NCBI GenBank assembly: GCA_041752695.1
Contig: JBGSVZ010000019.1
Span: forward strand, 1 to 64,000
Direction of reading: 5' to 3'
Source: Terrimicrobiaceae bacterium
Lineage (GTDB): Bacteria; Verrucomicrobiota; Verrucomicrobiia; Chthoniobacterales; Terrimicrobiaceae
Length of the DNA stretch: 64,000 nt
Positions 58,290-64,000 of the stretch are shown piece by piece. The notes under the pieces were generated by a model, which did no database searches, had not been told where the DNA came from, and worked only from the letters and a program-made list of their open reading frames with translations. The position numbers and the translations under genes were made by a program. How positions within the stretch are numbered: the first letter of the stretch is position 1; each line of letters starts with the position of its first letter.

Positions 58290-58982
58290 ATGATTTTCCG
58301 TTCTCCGCAATTTCGCAAGCCGCTTGCGCTCCTCGGCCTGGTTCTTTTTGCCGCCGTCGCTCGCGCCGAGCCCGAAGCGGAGGCCATCCTCGCCGCCGCG
58401 CGGGTCAATCCCCTCGGGGCCAATATCGCCCTCAACGCCCGCCTGCGGATGGAATCAAAAACCACCCCATTCCGTATCGTGGTGGACGGTGCGGTGCGGT
58501 ACCAGTTCGACAACCCCGAGCAGGAACTCATCCTCGAGATGAAAGACGACGCCTCCGTGCTCTCCGAACGGACCGGCGGCAAAGCGTCCCCCATCCGCCC
58601 CGCCCGCTTCGACAATTCCGTGCGCGGCACCGGCATCACCTACGAGGACCTCGCCCTGCGTTTCCTGTACTGGAAAAACCCGAAAATCCTCGGCGAGGAA
58701 ACCGTCCGGTCCCGCAAAGCCTGGAAAATCGAGATCCAGTCCGGCAGCGCCTCGTCGCAATACGGCGTGGCCCGCCTCTGGGTGGACAAGGAGAGCGGCG
58801 CCCTCCTGCGCATCGAAGGCTACAACCGCGAAGGCCGGCTCCTCCGCAGCTTCGAAGTGGTCGCGGCGCAAAAACTCGACGGCCAGTGGATGCTGAAACA
58901 AATGCGGGTCGAAATGCTCGACCCCGAAACCAAAAAGGTCATCAACCGGACCTATTTGGAGGTTCTGGGAAAAGTCGAGTAG
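58290..58982 (+). CDS. LolA-like outer membrane lipoprotein-sorting protein
   Basis: Signal peptide; GTGITYEDL, YGVARLWVDKE, EGYNREGRLL, W.LKQM. Confidence 0.8.
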   Translation: MIFRSPQFRKPLALLGLVLFAAVARAEPEAEAILAAARVNPLGANIALNARLRMESKTTPFRIVVDGAVRYQFDNPEQELILEMKDDASVLSERTGGKASPIRPARFDNSVRGTGITYEDLALRFLYWKNPKILGEETVRSRKAWKIEIQSGSASSQYGVARLWVDKESGALLRIEGYNREGRLLRSFEVVAAQKLDGQWMLKQMRVEMLDPETKKVINRTYLEVLGKVE

Positions 58983-59078
58983 CAGGCACGGCAGAGGGGC
59001 TAACCCCGAAATTGCCTTGCGGGTTACCTCCGTCAGGCCGAGTATCCATGCACGAAATTTTGCCCAGAAAATCTTAGC

Positions 59079-61970
59079 ATGAACACCAAGTACCCAGCTT
59101 TCGTCGCCGGCCTCGTCCTGGTCGCCAGCATTTTCCTCACCACCTCGGAACTGCGGGCCGATGCGGAGGAAAGGCCCATGCCTCCCAACACCCCTTTCGA
59201 CCCCAATCCCACCGACCCCGCCAAGTCCAAGGTCGATCGTGTGCTGGTCTTTGCCTACGATTCCGACGGCAACAAAGTGCCGGTCAAGACCCTCAAGATC
59301 ACCAACAACCACAAAAACACCATCTATCCCGTCATGCGCGATGGCAACGAAGCCGCCATCGATGGATTTCCCGATATCGGTTTGTATGATCCCTATGATC
59401 CGGTGCGTCGCGAATATCGGGGGTACATTGGCTACCAGGGCGCGGACAAAAAATATTATTTCGGACTGAAACCCGGCCAGAGCATCCTCGTCCGCGTACC
59501 CCTGGTTTTTTGGAATGGGGCCCGCCTAGGCATCGTGACCGAAGGCCGCTACCTGACCCCGGCTCCCGGCACACCAAATCCCTTAAGCTACGATGCCAAC
59601 GCCGAAACCATTATTACCTCCGACGAGCCAGACCCTAAGGACCCCAGTCTGATCAAAAACGGTGTGATCATGTGGTACACCGCTGCGCTGAACGGACCCG
59701 CCCTCGATTCGCCGGATCAGTTGGTGGAGTGGACCATCCGCGACGAGGAATACCTGAGCAATCCGCAGATCACCGCCAGAACCCAGGGCAAAATTCCGGA
59801 TTCCGAAAGAGTGACCCTGATCAACTACGATGTTTCCTACGTGGACAACATGTTCATGCCCGCGGCCATGGCAGCCCTGGACGTGCCCATTCCCGCCCCC
59901 CCGTTTCCTCCGGGCCGCAAAGCTCAGCCATTCGGCTGGATTGGCGCGATCAATACCTCGAAGGAATTACAGGAAAGGATCAAAAATTTTACCCAGCCCA
60001 CCGACAACACGTATCTGGGATCCTATTTCGGCGGCAAGGGCTGGCCCATTTACAACATTCCGATCGACGAGGCCAAAATTCCGGCCGGTCAGAATGTTTT
60101 TGCGCAAAGCCCCCAGGCGGACGCCCGGTCCAGTTACAATAACAACGCCTATATGCTTTCGAGCGGAGGCGACATCAACACTCCCATCTCCGTCATCATC
60201 GGGGGTCAGGGATCCGCTTCTTCGGGAACGACGCTGACGCTCAGTCCCAACGAGGACATCAAAAAAGTGCAGTTCCTCCAGCCGGGATTTACCGTCGTGG
60301 GCCGACCGCCCGCCGACGTTCCCAATCCCATTCAACCGGACACCAAAATCGTTTCGGTGAATGTGAGCACCACCCCCGGCGTGCCCAGCACCGTGATTCT
60401 GGACAAACCTCTCGTCGCCTCCCAGGAGGGGTGCATTTTCGAATTTTTCCGACCCCGCACCGATTACGCGTCCGATGCCATGATCAAACTCTGGTATTCC
60501 TGGGCGAAATACCATTTGGACACCACGAAGAGCCCGCCGACGCAGACTTTGACGGGAGCTGTCGTCACCAATTCGGCGACGCTCACTTTCAAGGACGCGC
60601 AAAACAACCTGATCGTGGGCATGCAGGTGACCGGTCCAGGCCTGGCCGACCCCGATCCCAGCAAAGAAAAAGGGGGAATCGTCATCCTGCAAATTGCCGA
60701 CGACGAGCGGTCTGTCACTTTGAGCCAACTGGCCTCCGCAACCCATCCGATCAGCGAAGGCCAGCAATACACGTTTAAGCCGCCACAGCCTTTGCCATCC
60801 ACTCCGGATAGCCTGTTTACCCTCAATTTTTCCGCAGACCCGAAGGATCCTTCCCGCGACCCACGCGAGTTTGCGAAAAAGGTTTATCTCATCATGGCCT
60901 CCATGGCCCAGATCCCGAAAAAGCCGGATCCTGCCGCCACGGAACCTCATGTGTATCAACTGATGAACAACGTCATCGGCGGCAACATGGGTTTCATTTT
61001 TGACACCAACGCGCAGAGGTTTTCCGACGCGGGGCTGACGATTTCGGCCTTCATCAGGGACATGCTCAAATCCGTCCTCCGCGGGGTGACGGATTTCACC
61101 CAATTCTCGGAATTCGACGAGACCGGCAAACTGATCTGGTATCCGGATCCGAAAGACAGTCGCGGCGGGCTGACGTTTAACGCCTTCAACCTCGATCCCT
61201 TCGTTTGGTTCGTGCACGTGGAACTTGGTTTCTCGGGATATGGATTTTCCCTCGACGATGACACGGCGGATGTCGGCGCCGGCGAGGCGACCGAACTACT
61301 CCTGACCATCGGCGGCCCGCCCTCGGGAAACACGGGGCCAAACTCTGGGATGATCAAAACCCGGGAAAACGCCAATGAATGGGGCATCCAGGCTCCCTAT
61401 GGCCCGGTGACCGGCACCGGCGAATGGGATCCGACAAAAACGCAGAGTTTTTACCTCGGCATCACGGGAGCCAGTTATGCCAGCCCGATCGTCATCACCT
61501 CGGAGAAACACGGTTTGCTCAACGGTGAGAAGGTGTTTATCGACCAGGTTCGCGGCAACACCAACGCCAACACCCCAACCACCGGCCCGGACAAAGACAA
61601 ACCTTTCACGGTGGGCAACGTGACGCAAAACACGTTTGAGCTGATCGGTACCAACGGGAACAACAGCTACTCGGGCGGGGGCCGATGGACGAGGGGTCCC
61701 CTGCCCTACATCACCTTTACAGGCAGCGACATCGATGGGGTCTACTGGAGGGTCAAAGGGGACGACCGGAACGCGGGCTTCCAGGGAGCCGTCCTTTCCG
61801 GGCCTGGCGTTCTGCCCAACCTGCCGGTCAGGGTCGTGCAATTGGGCGACGACAAAACCGGGCAACTTGCGCTGAACCGACCACTGACCAAACGTGACGG
61901 AAAAACCCCTCTGCCGGCGGGAAAAAACTACAAGTGGATCTTCTCGAGCAGGGGGTCGATCACGCCCTGA
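59079..61970 (+). CDS. Large secreted thaumatin/GH64-like protein with inserted beta-domains and an FCCH-like module
   Basis: Signal peptide; LKITNN...TIYP, QLVEWTI, NYDVSYVD...P, H.....YGFSLDDD. Confidence 0.6.
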   Translation: MNTKYPAFVAGLVLVASIFLTTSELRADAEERPMPPNTPFDPNPTDPAKSKVDRVLVFAYDSDGNKVPVKTLKITNNHKNTIYPVMRDGNEAAIDGFPDIGLYDPYDPVRREYRGYIGYQGADKKYYFGLKPGQSILVRVPLVFWNGARLGIVTEGRYLTPAPGTPNPLSYDANAETIITSDEPDPKDPSLIKNGVIMWYTAALNGPALDSPDQLVEWTIRDEEYLSNPQITARTQGKIPDSERVTLINYDVSYVDNMFMPAAMAALDVPIPAPPFPPGRKAQPFGWIGAINTSKELQERIKNFTQPTDNTYLGSYFGGKGWPIYNIPIDEAKIPAGQNVFAQSPQADARSSYNNNAYMLSSGGDINTPISVIIGGQGSASSGTTLTLSPNEDIKKVQFLQPGFTVVGRPPADVPNPIQPDTKIVSVNVSTTPGVPSTVILDKPLVASQEGCIFEFFRPRTDYASDAMIKLWYSWAKYHLDTTKSPPTQTLTGAVVTNSATLTFKDAQNNLIVGMQVTGPGLADPDPSKEKGGIVILQIADDERSVTLSQLASATHPISEGQQYTFKPPQPLPSTPDSLFTLNFSADPKDPSRDPREFAKKVYLIMASMAQIPKKPDPAATEPHVYQLMNNVIGGNMGFIFDTNAQRFSDAGLTISAFIRDMLKSVLRGVTDFTQFSEFDETGKLIWYPDPKDSRGGLTFNAFNLDPFVWFVHVELGFSGYGFSLDDDTADVGAGEATELLLTIGGPPSGNTGPNSGMIKTRENANEWGIQAPYGPVTGTGEWDPTKTQSFYLGITGASYASPIVITSEKHGLLNGEKVFIDQVRGNTNANTPTTGPDKDKPFTVGNVTQNTFELIGTNGNNSYSGGGRWTRGPLPYITFTGSDIDGVYWRVKGDDRNAGFQGAVLSGPGVLPNLPVRVVQLGDDKTGQLALNRPLTKRDGKTPLPAGKNYKWIFSSRGSITP

Positions 61971-61986
61971 AGCAAAAGAAAAGAAG

Positions 61987-62021
61987 TCACCCGACCGAAG
62001 ACGGGGCTCCCGCCGGGTGAC
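61987..62021 (+). terminator. Hairpin after the thaumatin-like gene
   Basis: GTCACCCG...CGGGTGAC with a long loop, followed by ATTATTTT. Confidence 0.4.
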
Positions 62022-62085
62022 GATTATTTTACAATCGCTCGATTGGTCAACCAACGCCGCCTGCGGTATTCCTCGCCTCTTGCCA

Positions 62086-62517
62086 ATGAAAAGCGTCTTT
62101 CTTTGTTTCCTGACCGCGGTGGGCTGCCATGCCGCCGAGCTTTCGATTGTGGAGTGTGATATGCAGAAAAACGAGTCAGGGCCGTGGATTCTCCACGCCC
62201 AGATTGGCTCCACCGGGGCGGCTCCCCTGGACCGCGACAAGGTCCAGATGAAAATTTGTGTCTTCGAGCGCACCTCGCGTTCGACCCTCGAGCCCACGAA
62301 GCGGGACATTTCCTTTCAGTGGATGTCGTTGCCGTTGAATTGGAAAAATCGCTCCAACGAGCGGTTCGAAGTGTTATATCCCAGTCCCAAACCCGGCTCA
62401 GGATCCACCTACGCGGGCTATTCCGTTGCCGTGTATTACGACGGCGTTTTGCAGGAGGGCCTGTATTCCCGCCGGTCGATTCACCGAAAATTTCCTTTTC
62501 CCGAATCTCTGAAGTAA
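62086..62517 (+). CDS. Secreted hypothetical protein
   Basis: Signal-like MKSVFLCFLTAVGCHA; YAGYSVAVYYDGVLQ. Confidence 0.65.
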   Translation: MKSVFLCFLTAVGCHAAELSIVECDMQKNESGPWILHAQIGSTGAAPLDRDKVQMKICVFERTSRSTLEPTKRDISFQWMSLPLNWKNRSNERFEVLYPSPKPGSGSTYAGYSVAVYYDGVLQEGLYSRRSIHRKFPFPESLK

Positions 62518-62599
62518 GGGACCCAACAACACTTCCTCCGGGAAGAATTCTTCGGGCTGGCCATTGGGCGGGAAGGCAACGATTCTTCCGCGCCTTGTC

Positions 62600-64000
62600 A
62601 TGAGTGTTTCCTTGCTATCCGCCAACGAACTGTCCCTGTCCTACGGATCCCAGAATCTGCTGGAAGCGGTCACCCTTGCCGTGGCCCCGGGAGAAAAGGT
62701 GGGGCTGGTCGGCCGCAATGGCTGCGGGAAAACCAGCCTGCTGAAAATTCTTTCCGGCGAACAAAAGCCCGACGGCGGCGAGGTCTCACGCCGCCGGAGC
62801 CTGCGCGTCGGGTATCTGCCCCAGGAGTTTGAATTGGACGGGGAAAAAACCGTGCAGGAAAACATCGAGGCCGGGGCGGCCGATCTGATGGATTGGATCC
62901 AGCGCTACGAAAACGGCGACGGGTCCGAATCCGAGCACTCGGAACTGCTGCACCTGATCGAACAAGCGGATGGCTGGAACCTGGAGTCGCGAATCAAGGC
63001 GGACGCCACCGCGCTTGGCGTACCCCCGCTTGATACCATCGTCGGCCCCCTTTCCGGCGGAGAAAAACGCCGCGTTGCGCTCTGCCGCGCGCTGGTCTCC
63101 GAACCGGACCTCCTCCTGCTCGACGAACCCACCAACCACCTCGACGCTGAATCCATCCGCTGGCTGGAGACGTTTTTACGGGGGTTCGCCGGGGCGGTGA
63201 TTTTTGTGACCCACGACCGCTATTTTCTCGACGTGATCGCCACCCGCATCGTCGAAATTGCGGAGGGACGGGCTTATTCTCATCCCGGCAACTACACCGC
63301 CTACCTGGAGTCGAAGGCCCTGCGTCAGCAAATCGCTGGGCAGGCCGAGCGGCGCCGGCAGCGGTTTTTGCGGGCCGAATTGGAATTTGTCCGTGCGGGC
63401 GTGCGCGCCCAGCGCTCAAAGTCCCGCAACCGGCTCGACACCTTTTATCAGATCGCCGGCCTGGAAGCCCCGCCGGAGGAGCGCGAAATGGATCTCATCC
63501 TGCCGCCGCCGCCCGGGATGGGCAACATCGGCGTCGAATTGGTGGATGTGGGGGCGCGCGTCGGCGAAGGCGACGAGGAACGCTGGCTCTTCCGCGGGCT
63601 CAATCTTTCCCTCAAGGCGGGAGAATGCACCGGGGTGGTGGGACGCAACGGGGTCGGAAAAACCACCCTGCTGCGCCTCTGTCTGGGCGAACGCGAAGCG
63701 GACGAGGGCACGGTGACCATCGGGAAAAAGGTTTCCTTTAACTACATCGACCAGACCCGTCAGGAACTTGACGGTTCCCTCACCGTCATCGAGCAGGTGG
63801 CGGACTTAGGCGGCGAGACGGTTTCCTTTGGCGATCAAAAACTCGCGGTGCGCGCGTTTCTCCGGCGATTTCTTTTCAACGACGAGCGCGTGCGGGAACG
63901 GGTGGACCGGCTCTCCGGAGGCGAACGGGCCAGGCTCCTGCTAGCAAGGGTACTCAAGCGGGGAGGCAATCTCATCGTGCTCGACGAACCGACCAACGAC
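62600..64000 (+). CDS. ABC-F family ATPase (Uup-like), runs off the window end
   Basis: Hand translation from ATG 62600: GLVGRNGCGKT, LSGGEKRR, LLLDEPTNHLD, VTHDRYFLD; second cassette GRNGVGKT, LSGGERAR, VLDEPTND. No TM domain. Confidence 0.92.
   Translation, partial: MSVSLLSANELSLSYGSQNLLEAVTLAVAPGEKVGLVGRNGCGKTSLLKILSGEQKPDGGEVSRRRSLRVGYLPQEFELDGEKTVQENIEAGAADLMDWIQRYENGDGSESEHSELLHLIEQADGWNLESRIKADATALGVPPLDTIVGPLSGGEKRRVALCRALVSEPDLLLLDEPTNHLDAESIRWLETFLRGFAGAVIFVTHDRYFLDVIATRIVEIAEGRAYSHPGNYTAYLESKALRQQIAGQAERRRQRFLRAELEFVRAGVRAQRSKSRNRLDTFYQIAGLEAPPEEREMDLILPPPPGMGNIGVELVDVGARVGEGDEERWLFRGLNLSLKAGECTGVVGRNGVGKTTLLRLCLGEREADEGTVTIGKKVSFNYIDQTRQELDGSLTVIEQVADLGGETVSFGDQKLAVRAFLRRFLFNDERVRERVDRLSGGERARLLLARVLKRGGNLIVLDEPTND

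Overview
GC-rich bacterial chromosomal segment, inferred to be Verrucomicrobiota (Chthoniobacterales/Terrimicrobium-like) from the Verru_Chthon cassette, two PEP-CTERM proteins and a 'DGK..KE' motif. No rRNA, tRNA or CRISPR array was seen. Layout: (1) 1-4 kb is a defence hotspot. An IS3-family end interrupts an mrr-like gene. An MmeI-like type IIL R-M gene has lost its centre, which is replaced by an AT-richer C5-cytosine MTase + DUF4928 cassette. A VapBC pair follows. (2) 4-30 kb is mostly housekeeping: ferritin, sufT, xylB, a PEP-CTERM protein, MATE, ubiX, OprB porin, CPA2 antiporter, an ECF sigma cluster, rlmN, a second VapBC, a transglutaminase-DUF2126 fusion and a GT1. (3) 30.5-52.7 kb is one co-oriented block: pilin-like Verru_Chthon cassette (B-C-A-D), PEP-CTERM surface protein, then a glycan-utilisation locus (GH125, two GH5, clan-A GH, PL22-like, GH130, heparinase II/III-like, sugar MFS). 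The 5' end of cassette gene A is out of frame across an A-AAA-AAC slippery site and a 7-bp repeat. (4) 53-64 kb: SDR, an envelope-modification operon with a lipoprotein SAM-dependent enzyme, a LolA-like protein, a 963-aa thaumatin/GH64-like secreted protein and a partial ABC-F ATPase. All product calls are from motif recognition by eye, not database searches.
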